Part shown: positions 39,525 through 52,506 of the stretch, in pieces
How positions within the stretch are numbered: position 1 is the stretch's first letter
Layout: each line of letters opens with the position of its first letter
Assembly (NCBI GenBank): GCA_964035545.1
Contig: OZ037769.1
Span: 16,212,633-16,276,632, forward strand
Direction of reading: 5' to 3'
Source: Bugula neritina
Lineage: Eukaryota > Animalia > Bryozoa
DNA length: 64,000 nt
Program-made: the position numbers and the translations under genes
Notes under the pieces: generated by a model
Databases searched by the model: none
What the model saw: the letters and a program-made list of their open reading frames with translations, nothing else
What the model was told of the DNA's origin: nothing

Positions 39525-42500
39525 ATGCCAGAACAAGCATGTGTTGAGCAAGCGTTGCTGGTAGGTATACTTCTATCGATAATTTCATCTTTAAGCAGAG
39601 CTCTGCAATCAATAATTATCAATAGTCATTATGAATATGAGTATCATTATGAATACGACTACGGACTAACTATTACTATGCACTATCAGTATGAGTATGA
39701 CTAATAGTAATATTATTATTAGTAGTAGTAGTAGTATCACTACATCAGTATGTTTACGACTACTAACTTTTCACTCCATTGTACTTGATACTTGAAGTGG
39801 ATAGTCATGGTGATAAGCAAGATCATTATGTGAATGTTTTCATTAAATTTAACATGATTTGGAAAAGTTGAGTAAAATGACTAAATGAGCAATAGCTAGT
39901 TTAACTTTAAGTAGTTAGTTAATAACTTTCACATTTGTTCATGAAAATGATATATTTATTTAGTCTACTATATAAATATTTATTTAACTCAAATGTATAC
40001 TTGCTACTTACAGTTGGTGTTACTCATAGTTTTACTATTAGTATTATAACCTAAATTATTGTTGTACTTATTATTATACTTGTAGAAAATGAAAAACCTC
40101 ATATCTTCCAGCTTGACTTTTCATAGCAGTGTCTTATATAATTTCATTCATGTATCAGTTTATAATTATTTATGTGGTTTATATGTTAGTTATACACTCA
40201 TAGTAGTAATGATAATGAGTTAAAGTGTACTGGTTATATAAATTGACTTCTATTCTAACATTTCATTCCATCATTCTTATTCTTATTTATTTTCTTTTTT
40301 TGTCTCCTATTTAGTTTTTATTTAATGCAAAAATGTTTTTGAGCGCAAACCCTTCCAACACAAAAAATATTTCCACATTGTTCATATAATCATGCAGTAA
40401 TGTGTCGCACTTACTCTTACTTTAGCTTTATAACCATAATATAGTCCTGTTTATAGAAAGTCAAGCTGAGTCAATGTTGGGGCAAGTAAAGTCACACCTT
40501 AAACAAAAAATGAATATCGAGTCGAATCAACATTACTTACAACTTCCTAACTAATATAAATTTTGGTGTTTATAATTGTATCAAATCCTTACATCAACAT
40601 GAAATTAATAGCAATTTGTAAATTGTTGCTAACATTCTGTAGTACTAGTTCTAGCTACTCTACTTTTGCATTTTATCTATAATCAATAAAATGTATAAAG
40701 TGCCTATTTATTACAGTCACCAGTCAACTGGTTTCATTAATAAATGATACTGAAATTTCTTATTATTATTTCGACTAAATTTTTTGCAGCACTACTGAGT
40801 CACAAATTGTGAACTAATTCATATGCTGGTTAAAATTAAATTTTAAATACTTGCAGGAAGTAATTAAACAACTTCTAGTTCCCTAGACTATAAGTGAGCA
40901 AGTGAATTCTATGTTTAGATAATTGTTCAACACTTAACTTGGGTATTAAGTAGTCATTACACTTTTATTTGTTTTTCTACTTAGCCTTTGATCCTTCCTC
41001 TGATTAGGCAACAGATTATCAGTGAAATAGTAATGATTGTGAAAAATAATCACAATGATGAATAAGTATAATTTAGTATGTAATTGCAGCTGAAAAAACT
41101 GTAATTGTAAGTATGCTGATGGTTTAAGCTTTGGCATTCAACTGTATTTTCAAAGAATTGTCAATGTTTCCTAATGGCTTGTTATATAAGTTTTAATTTA
41201 TACTATCTAATCAGAACATAGCTAATTATTAGTGGTCTAGTTAGTAGCTTTGATGTTATAATTGGAAATGACAATTGAATATTTATATCAACTACATTGT
41301 AATTATTAGTAATGCATCATTGATAAGTACCCAATACCCAATAAATTTAATTGGTTCTAATCAATTTTGTGATAACCTGTTTTTAAATTCTCATCTATTT
41401 ATTTAATCTGTTGATGGAAATTTGTTTTTAGCGTCGAGCAAAGGGTTCAACATGGAGAGGATTCTTTGGAAAAGTCCGGACTGTTGCTCCAATGGTGTGG
41501 CCCTCTGGCAACCCTTTCCTACAGTTCTGTGTCCTTATGTGTGTGGTTCTGTTGGTAGCTGGCCGAGTGAGCAATGTCTTTGTACCAATATACTACAAGC
41601 TCATCAGTAAGTTTATCATACCATACTTACCATACTATACTTACCATACTATACTTACCATACTATACTTACCATACTATACTTACTGTACTATACTTAC
41701 CATACTATACTTACCATACTATACTTACTATACTATACTTACTATACTATACTTACCATACTATACTTACCATACTATACTTACCATACTATACTTACCA
41801 TACTATACTTACTATACTATACTATACTTACTATACTTACCCTACTATACTTACCATACTATACTTACTATACTATACTACTATACTATACTTACTATAC
41901 TATACTTACTATACTTACCCTACTATACTTACCCTACTATACTTACCATACCATACTTACCATAATATACTTACTATACTATACTTACCATACTATAATT
42001 TCCATACTATAATTACCATACTATACTTACCATACTTACCACACTGTACCATTTTACTGGTCTTTCTGGTTGCAGTTGAAGAGGTGCCGAATAGATTCTG
42101 TTGGGAGTTGATATTAGTCTGGGCAGCCCTGAGGTTCCTACAAGGTGGCGGGACGGGAGCCACAGGTCTCATTGCTAACCTAAGATCCTTCATGTGGATA
42201 AAGATTCAGCAGAATGCTACAAGGAAAGCTGAGCTGAAGCTGCTATCTCACCTGCATGGGTAAGCGTAATTGAATCTAACTTCTTCTTTCATTTTTCATA
42301 AACACAGCAGTAATAATATTTGAATCAATCATTTCCTCTGGTGGGATTGAGTTACTGTGAGCTTTCTTAATGATTAAATTACTCATCTGTAACACCACTG
42401 CTCTGTGACATCACTGCTCTGTGACATTACTCTTCTGTGACATCACTGCTCTGTGACATCACTTATCTGTGACATCACTGCTCTGTGACATCACTGCTCT

Positions 42501-45500
42501 GTGACATCACTACTCTTTGACATCACTGTTATGTGACATCACTACTCTTTGACATCACTGTTATGTGACATCACTGCTCTGTGACATCATTGTTTTGTGA
42601 CAACACTGATCATGTTATCTGTAGTCTCTCCCTGAGATGGCATCTGTCTAAGAAGACAGGGGAAGTACTGAAGGTGGTGGACAGAGGCACCGTTAGTATC
42701 AACAACATCATAAAGTAAGTTTCTCCCCCTCTTACAGAAAGTGTCTGGTAAAGTAGGTTTCTCACAGAATTACTAAGAAATGTTTTTTAAAAATCTTCTT
42801 TCTCAAAATATTTGAAAATTTGAGTTTGTAAACATAATGTACGTTTTCTGCATTATATAACTCTTTAATCGTTAACTTTGTTACCTTCAAACTACAAAAT
42901 CTCTAGTCATGTGACCCTAAAAGAAAAGGCAACTCTTAGTAATATTTATTGAAACCAATCAACAGAAAATTGCTTAGAAATATTACATTACAGTTTAAGT
43001 TCAATGAATAGTTTGTGTGAGTGAAAGGCTTTGCTAACTGTGATATATTATGTATACTTGCTAAGTGGACCTAATAAGAGTATAGAAAGAGTTAGCAAAC
43101 TATCTTTACTTCCTTCATATACTTGTGTACTATAAGCTTGCTATTACTATATTTATAATGTCATATACTTGTGTACTATAAGCTTGCTATTACTATATTT
43201 ATAATGTCATTTACTTGTAGCTACATGGTGTTCAACATTCTACCTACTATAGCTGACATAGTCATAGCTATTGTGTACTTCATCTCAGCTTTTGACATTT
43301 ACTTTGGACTTATAGTCTTTGGTACTATGTTACTATACCTCAGTGAGTATATATATAGTCTTTGGTACTATGTTACTATACCTCAGTGAGTATATATATA
43401 GTCTTTGGTACCATGTTACTATACCTCAGTGAGTATATATATAGTCTTTGGTACTATGTTACTATACCTCAGTGAGTATATATATATATAGTCTTTGGTA
43501 CTATGTTACTATATCTCAGTGAGTATATATATATATAGTCTTTGGTACTATGTTACTATACCTCAGTGAGTATTTATATATAGTCTTTGGTACTATGTTA
43601 CTATATCTCAGTGAGTATATATATATATAGTCTTTGGTACCATGTTACTATATCTCAGTGAGTATTTATATAGTCTTTGGTACTATGTTACTATACCTCA
43701 GTGAGTATTTATATATAGTCTTTGGTACTATGTTACTATACCTCAGTGAGTATATATATAGTCTTTGGTACTATGTTACTATATCTCAGTGAGTATTTAT
43801 ATAGTCTTTGGTACTATGTTACTATACCTCAGTGAGTATATATATAGTCTTTGGTACTATGTTACTATATCTCAGTGAGTATATATATAGTCTTTGGTAC
43901 TATGTTAATATACCTCAGTGAGTATATATATAGTCTTTGGTACTATGTTACTATACCTCAGTGAGTATATATATAGTCTTTGGTACTATGTTGCTCTACC
44001 TCAGTGAGTATATATATAGTCTTTGGTACTATGTTACTATACCTCAGTGAGTATTTATATATAGTCTTTGGTACTATGTTACTATACCTCAGTGAGTATA
44101 TATAGTCTTTGGTACCATGTTACTATATCTCAGTGAGTATATATATAGTCTTTGGTACTATGTTACTATACCTCAGTGAGTATATATATAGTCTTTGGTA
44201 CCATGTTACTATATCTCAGTGAGTATATATATAGTCTTTGGTACTATGTTACTATACCTCAGTGAGTATATATATAGTCTTTGGTACTATGTTACTATAC
44301 CTCAGTGAGTATATATATAGTCTTTGGTACCATGTTACTATAATACCTCAGTGAGTATATATATAGTCTTTGGTACCATGTTACTATAATACCTCAGTGA
44401 GTATATATAATATAGTCTTTGGTACTCTCTCCCCACAGTCGCCACCATTGTGGTTACGGAATGGCGGACGAGGTTCAGGAGGGAGATGAATCTTCTCGAC
44501 AACCAGAAGAACTCGCGGGCAGTTGATTCTCTGCTCAACTTTGAGACGGTGAAGTATTATGGGAATGCTGACTTTGAACTGACGACCTTTGATCGGGCTA
44601 TTTTAAAGTTTCAGGTAAGGCTTCCTCCCTTCCCCAACCAAGTATAAATATTTTTGTGGGTAGCCCATATCCCCGTGTTGTGTTCTTGTGTTAAGAAATG
44701 TTTTTCAGCGAAACAAGTTGTGGTGTTATCAATATAATACATTCTGTTAATGTTTATTTATATGTTTATTCATGTTTATTCGTGACTCTCACCTGCACAG
44801 CATTGCTTGTGGCCAAGTTCTGTCATTTCCATTGTTTTATTTCTGTTGAAATAACAGCCTTTCAAACACTTGGCAGTGTTTTGTGACAATAGCGGGAGTG
44901 GTGTAGTTGGATGTACCCCACATGTCATGTTTGTAAATGTCTTAACTTGCCAAAATACAGCACCTGTCAGCATTATACACAGTGTCCTGTATTCTAGATA
45001 TATGACTTGTTAGTTCTAGTTCCACTTTTTACCTCTTTTGAAAGAGCACAATAAGCTATTTATAACTACAATTATCAAGTCAGCTAAAATGTTTACACAA
45101 TAGTCAAGGTCTTTTAAAGGTCACCAGGCAGCTGCTGATGTGGAGACCAATAATGTGTCATCCCAGTTAGACGCTATTTATTTATTTTGGTACAATATCT
45201 ATTCTATGTGCAATTTATTTTAATATTATTGAAATATATGTATATTTAAATAAACTTGGATCACTTGCTTGTTATTCAGCACATAAATAAATTCCTTTGA
45301 TCTGCATTAACTTATTAATTTTGCATTTTCTATACTTCTTGATGTTGGAAAAGATATTTCGTTAATAAGTATTTATTATAGATCATATTTCCATACACAT
45401 CCATGAAAATGGGAATATTACCCCAGATAATTTATATTAGCTATTATAGCTATTAGCTATAGCTATTTAGTAATCAATGCAACATTTATATAGGTATGTT

Positions 45501-47632
45501 ACCGTATGTAATTGCACCGAAATAAAAAAATAGCGTCCAACTGGGAAGCATTTATCTGGGATGAAACCGCAAATAAAACCAACTTTTCCAACTGTCGGTT
45601 GATATATGTAAATACAGCAATTATAGTATGTTGTAATATACTATATAACATAATGTGACACATAGTTTACTAATACATTATCATATTTTACAATATAGTT
45701 TATAATATATTTATTATAGTAACATATAATATGTTATGCATATAATACAATAGATTATCATATATTATGTATTTCCTATATTACCACTTGATTATTTTTT
45801 AAACTATTATAGCATTTTCTAATCGTGACACTACATGCAAGTGCTTGTGCTATATATTGACACTACATGCATGTGTTGTGTTTTATACTGACACTACATG
45901 CATGTGTTGTGTTATACATTGACACTACATGCAAGTGCTTGTGCTATACACTCAGTGTCTGCAATGTGGAAACATTTGCTGTAAATTCCGCAGCTTAATG
46001 GAAAATTCTGGATGTTTATACAAGCATTTCTTTTAAAACACAATGCGTGTCATATTCTGCCATATCCGCAATAACACGAAACATCAACATTACATTTCCT
46101 ACCAATATTTTGGTAAATAATTTTTATTTTTTCAGTAGATGTAAAAACATAGAAATGTGGGTTATTTGACATATAGGTTATGTTTGTACAGGTAGAACTG
46201 TATAGCAAACTATAAGGGTAATATATGGATATGTTTCCACTCCGTGTCACATGATCATCACACACTTGCCAAAACCTGTCATACACAGGCCAGTTCTGTC
46301 TTTTGCAATACGTGTCAGACACTCATCTGACAGCAAGAGCAGGTGCTTGTTGAATTAATCTGCTATATACAGCTTTCCTATTCATCTTGCATATACAACC
46401 TTGGGCACAAGCTCTCCAGGGAACTGCTATTCTAAATGCATACATTTCAGCCCCTCCTTCGATTAGAAAGCTTCACTTTGGCAAACAAAAATATATGGAT
46501 AAAAAATTTATTTTGTTTCCTTTTACTATTTGGTAACAATTGGACAGATATGCACAGGATTGGTTCAGGTATACCTGAGGTAACACCTGTGAAGTGTACT
46601 GAGTAAAAGGCCAACTGTGACATATAACTGTATGTAATATAATATACTAATGTACTAATATACACAGCTGTGATGTATAACTGTATAATATACTGCACTA
46701 ATACTATACTGTTACACACAGCTGAATACTATAATCTACTTGTAGAAAGCTGAATGGAAAGACATAGCTTCTCTCAGTATCCTAGCCATGACACAGAACT
46801 TTATAATAACAGCTGGACTAGTGGCTGGCTCTATTCTGTGTGCCATGTGAGTAGGGAGTTGTCCCCTTTTACTGTCCTAGTCATAACATACAAACTAGCT
46901 AACAGCAAAGTAAGCAGAGTACAGACTGGCAGTAATGTGAATGTTTTGTCTGATCAGTGGAACTTGTAATGTAATTACTTCGGCACTTCACAACAAAGTG
47001 AGTGCAAGTGCTCCTTTGTCTTTCTATTGTCTGCAGCTATTTCATTGGCTGAAGTAATTCATTACTGGCAGTCTGAACAATAAAGTCCAACGGAATTGCA
47101 GCTGCCTCAAACAGCTCATTGTTTGGGTTTAACAGAAAGTCGAAAGCAAATTGCAGCTGCTCATGGACATATACGTTTTACTCAGCTTTTGAGTTCGTTT
47201 CATCAAGTATGATATTTTTTGAGTCGATGGCTAATGTGTTTTTGGGGTTGTATACTCTTTAATAATATTGCCTAATCAATTTAAAGTTAAACTCTAAGTT
47301 ATCTTCTCTTTATGTTTTCATCTATATAATATACATTAAACCAGAATTATACTCTAGTTATCACCATCATGCAAATGTTCAACTTCTATTTCTCTTCAGA
47401 TAATTACAGAATATATTTGGAGTTGTGTTCTTTGTGTTGGTTGCATATTTACAAATTACACAGAGTGCATTAAGAGTTGTGTGCTCTTCATAGGTGTTGC
47501 TTCTATTTACAGATATATACAGAATGGCAGAGTCATACAGGAGAGACAATTCACTGTCGGAGATTTTATTTTGTTCTGTACTTATCTGTTACAGCTGTAT
47601 GGACCACTTAACTTCTTCGGTGTTCATTATAG
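39525..47632 (+). CDS. ABCB6: Tandem ABCB6 paralog, partial; apparently lacks TMD0; nucleotide-binding-domain exons not in the window
   Basis: Candidate first exon 39525-39560 (MPEQACVEQALL|gtaggt; lower confidence), then exons 41432-41606, 42076-42259, 42625-42714, 43221-43342, 44439-44614, 46746-46846 and 47513-47632. These have the same intron positions and phases as exons 4-10 of copy 1 and are all open. Confidence 0.85.
41610..42045. repeat. 14-bp tandem repeat filling a paralog intron
   Basis: taccatactatact units from the donor at 41607 to near the acceptor at 42075. Confidence 0.92.
42395..42620. repeat. 16-bp tandem repeat abutting an acceptor
   Basis: ctgtgacatcactgct units ending near the acceptor at 42624. 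Confidence 0.9.
43313..44426 (+). repeat. ~43-bp tandem repeat of exon end plus donor, making up nearly the entire intron
   Basis: tagtctttggtactatgttactatacctca|gtgagtatatata, roughly 25 copies. Confidence 0.95.
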
Positions 47633-47634
47633 GT

Positions 47635-49007
47635 AAATATACCTGTATACTCTCTATATACCTGTATACTCTCTATATATATACCTGTATACTCTCTATA
47701 TATACCTGTATACTCTCTATATATACCTGTATACTCTCTATATACCTGTATACTCTCTATATATACCTGTATACTCTCTATATATACCTGTATACTCTCT
47801 ATATATACCTGTATACTCTCTATATATACCTGTATACTCTCTATATATACCTGTATACTCTCTATATATACCTGTATACTCTATATATATACCTGTATAC
47901 TCTATATATACCTGTATACTCTCTATATATACCTGTATACTCTCTATATATACCTGTATACTCTCTATATATACCTGTATACTCTATATATATACCTGTA
48001 TACTCTCTATATATACCTGTATACTCTCTATATATACCTGTATACTCTATATATATACCTGTATACTCTCTATATATACCTGTATACTCTCTATATATAC
48101 CTGTATACTCTCTGTATATATACCTGTATACTATCTATATATACCTGTATACTCTCTATATATACCTGTATACTCTCTATATATACCTGTATACTCTCTA
48201 TATATACCTGTATACTCTCTGTATATACCTGTATACTCTCTATATATACCTGTATACTCTCTATATATACCTGTATACTATCTATATATACCTGTATACT
48301 CTCTATATATACCTGTATACTCTCTATATATACCTGTATACTCTCTATATATACCTGTATACTCTCTGTATATATACCTGTATACTATCTATATATACCT
48401 GTATACTCTCTATATATACCTGTATACTCTCTATATATACCTGTATACTCTCTATATATACCTGTATACTCTCTGTATATACCTGTATACTCTCTATATA
48501 TACCTGTATACTCTCTATATATACCTGTATACTCTCTGTATATACCTGTATACTCTCTATATATACCTGTATACTCTCTATATATACCTGTATACTCTAT
48601 ATATATACCTGTATACTCTCTATATACCTGTATACTCTCTATATATATACCTGTATACTCTCTATATATACCTGTATACTCTCTATATATACCTGTATAC
48701 TCTCTATATATATACCTGTATACTCTCTATATATACCTGTATACTCTCTATATATACCTGTATACTCTCTATATATACCTGTATACTCTATATATATACC
48801 TGTATACTCTATATATATACCTGTATACTCTCTATATATACCTGTATACTCTCTATATATACCTGTATACTCTCTGTATATATACCTGTATACTATCTAT
48901 ATATACCTGTATACTCTCTATATATACCTGTATACTCTCTATATATACCTGTATACTCTCTATATATACCTGTATACTCTCTATATATACCTGTATACTC
49001 TCTATAT
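47635..49007. repeat. ~21-bp minisatellite starting at the paralog exon 10 donor
   Basis: tatacctgtatactctctata, roughly 65 copies. Confidence 0.95.
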
Positions 49008-49378
49008 GTGACCAGTCGCGACAAAACCGGGGATGTGGCGGCGTTTATGAAGTGTAGTAAATGAAGGTTAAATTTGGAAATACTTAGATTCATATTTGGG
49101 TTCATAGGTGGTCAATTTGGTATGTAAAACATCCATAGGGAGCTCTATGCCCATAGGGGGCTGCTCATAGGGGGCACCATGTTTGAGTGTTTTAAATTAC
49201 TCAGAACAGTCTGTTATGGTATATAGACACTATTTTAAAAATAGGCTCACAGAAGGACAATTTGATATTTTCCAATACCAGAGGGGGCTCTGTATATATA
49301 TACAAAAAGCCCCCTATGGTATTATAAAATATCAAATTAGGGAGTTGTCTTCCCAAAAACTAATGTAACGTTTTTTTA

Positions 49379-52240
49379 CTGTTGGAAACACTTAATTACA
49401 TTGATAATAATATCATTTCAGTTGCTATAATTGTGCCAGGGCTTAAGGTAGAACTTGTATAGAAATCTGGCCTGCATCTCCGTTAAAAAAATTATATTTG
49501 AGTTGTTGTGAGCTTATATATATTATATCTGCCCCCTATGAGCCTATATATACCATATCTGCCCCCTATGAGCCTATATATTCTATATCTGCCCCCTATG
49601 AACTTATATATATTATATCTGTCCCGTATGAGCTTATAGTCTATATCTGCCCCCTATGAGCTTATATATTCTATATCTGCCCCCTATGAGCTTATATATT
49701 CTATATCTGCCCCCTATGAGCCTATATACTCTATATCTGCCCGTATGAGCTTATATATTGTATATCTGCCCCCTATGAACTTATATATATATATATTATA
49801 TCTGCCCCCTATGAGCCTATATATTTATTATCTGCCCCCTATGAGCCTATATATATTATATCTGCCCCCTATGAGCCTATATATTCTATATCTGCCCCCT
49901 ATGAACTTATATATATTATATCTGCCCCCTATGAACTTATATATATTTTATGTGCCCCCTATGAACCTATATATTCTATATCTGCCCCCTATCAACTTAT
50001 ATATTATATCTGCCCCCTGTGAACTTATATATATTTTATGTGCCCCCTATGAACCTATATATTCTATATCTGCCCCCTATCAACTTATATATTATATCTG
50101 CCCCCTATGAACTTATATATATTATATCTGCCCCCTATGAGCCTATATATTCTATATCTGCCCCCTATGAACCTATATATATATTATATCTGCCCCCTAT
50201 GAACTTATATATATATTATATCTGCCCCCTATGAACTTATATATATATTATATCTGCCTCCTATGAACTTATATATATATATATATATATTATATCTGCC
50301 CCTATGAGCCTATATACTCCATATCTGCCCGCTATGAACCTAGATATGTGCCCTCTTTCGCTGTTGGAAACACTTATTTACAGTGATGATAATATCATTT
50401 CAGTTGCTATAACTGTGCCAGGGCTTGAGGTAGAACTTGTATAGAAATCTGGCCTGCATCTCCGTTAAAAAATTATATTTGAGTTGTTGTGAGCTTATAT
50501 ATTATATCTGCCCCCTATGAGCCTATATATTCTATATCTGCCCCCTATGAACTTATATATATTATATCTGCCCCCTGTGAACTTATATATATTTTATGTG
50601 CCCCCTATGAACCTATATATTCTATATCTGCCCCCTATGAACTTATATATTATATCTGCCCCTATGAACTTATATATATTATATCTGCCCCCTATGAGCC
50701 TATATATTCTATATCTGCCCCCTATCAACTTATATATTATATCTGCCCCCTATGAACTTATATATATTATATCTGCCCCCTATGAGCCTATATATTCTAT
50801 ATCTGCCCCCTATGAACCTATATATATATTATATCTGCCCCCTATGAACTTATATATATATATTATATCTGCCCCCTATGAACTTATATATATATTATAT
50901 CTGCCCCCTATGAACTTATATATATATATTATATCTGCCCCCTATGGGCATATATATTCTATATCTGCCCCCTATGAACCTATATATATATTATATCTGC
51001 CCCCTATGAACTTGAATATATATATATATATATTATATCTGCCCCTATGAGCCTATATACTCCATATCTGCCCGCTATGAACCTAGATATGTGCCCTCTT
51101 TCACTGTTGGAAACACTTATTTACAGTGATGATAATATCATTTCAGTTGCTATAACTGTGCCAGGGCTTGAGGTAGAACTTGTATAGAAATCTGGCCTGC
51201 ATCTCCGTTAAAAACTTATATTTGAGTTGTTGTGAGCTTATATATTATATCTGCCCCCTATGAGCCTATATATTCTATATCTGCCCCCTATGAACTTATA
51301 TATATTATATCTGCCCCCTGTGAACTTATATATATTTTATGTGCCCCCATGAACCTATATATTCTATATCTGCCCCCTATGAACTTATATATTATATCTG
51401 CCCCTATGAACTTATATATATTATATCTGCCCCCTATGAGCCTATATATTCTATATCTGCCCCCTATGAACCTATATATATATTATATCTGCCCCCTATG
51501 AACTTATATATATGTATTATATCTGCCCCCTATGAGCTTATATAATATATTATATCTGCCCCCTATGAGCCTATATATTCTATATCTGCCCCCTATAAGC
51601 CTATATATATATTCTAATCTGCCCCCTATAAGCCTATACATTCTATATCTGCCCCCTATAAGCCTATATATTTTATGTCTGCCCCCTATGAGCCTATATA
51701 TTCTATATCTGCCCCCTATGAACTTATATATATTATATCTGCCCCCTGTGAACTGATATATATTTTATGTGCCCCCTATGAGCCTATATATTCCATATCT
51801 GCCCCCTATGAGCTTATATATTCTACATCTGCCCCCTATAAGCCTATATATTCTACATCTGCCCCCTATGAGCTCATATATTCTATATCTGCCCCCTATG
51901 AGCCTATATATTCCATATCTGCCCCCTATGAGCCTATATATTCTATATCTGCCCCCTATGAACTTATATATATTATATCTGCCTCCTATGAACTTATATA
52001 TATATATTATATCTGCCCCCTATGAGCTTATATATTCTATATCTGCCCCCTATGAACTTGTATATATTTTATGTGACATCTTTGAGCTCATATACTATTT
52101 ATGTGCTGCTATGAGCCTAGATATGTTATATGTGCCCCTTATGAGCTCATATATGCTGCATGTATGCGATCCCCATAAGCCTGTGTATACTATATCTGCC
52201 CCATATGAGTTGATGTATACTATGTGTGCCCTATATCAGC
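49379..52240. repeat. ~30-bp minisatellite (atatctgccccctatgarcytatatatt) in a higher-order repeat with three copies of a ~135-bp spacer
   Basis: Spacer ctgttggaaacactta...gagttgttgtgagc at about 49379, 50362 and 51104. Confidence 0.93.
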
Positions 52241-52506
52241 AAGCACAGTCCACAGCGTCTGATGTGTATCATAGTAGGTTTATTAATTTGCATATTTTTA
52301 ATTTGATGTCTTTCTCTGCAATTATGACTCTCAGCTTTAGAAGTTTTTTTGTTATATGCAGCACGTTTTCAAATTAAAAAAATTATCAACCTAAGAAGAT
52401 ACATACCTTTTGCTGTCTCCAATTTGCTGCTCAAATTTTTATTTTTGCTTCTGGTAGAAACAAGCATTTTTTCTAACAATTTAGTTATAGTGTTTAAAAG
52501 TACTAT

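Noticed and set aside
41492-42263. Long YHTILTILYLPY-repeat ORFs
   Set aside because: Read-through of a 14-bp intronic repeat between two real exons
47494-49011. 505-aa ORF
   Set aside because: It is a translation of a 21-bp minisatellite and overlaps the real exon in a different frame
49379-51240. CRISPR-like repeat/spacer appearance
   Set aside because: Eukaryotic context, the spacers are copies of each other rather than unique, and there are no cas genes
49745-52377. Many YILYLPPM / ISAPYE ORFs
   Set aside because: Translations of the 30-bp minisatellite with no evidence of coding function
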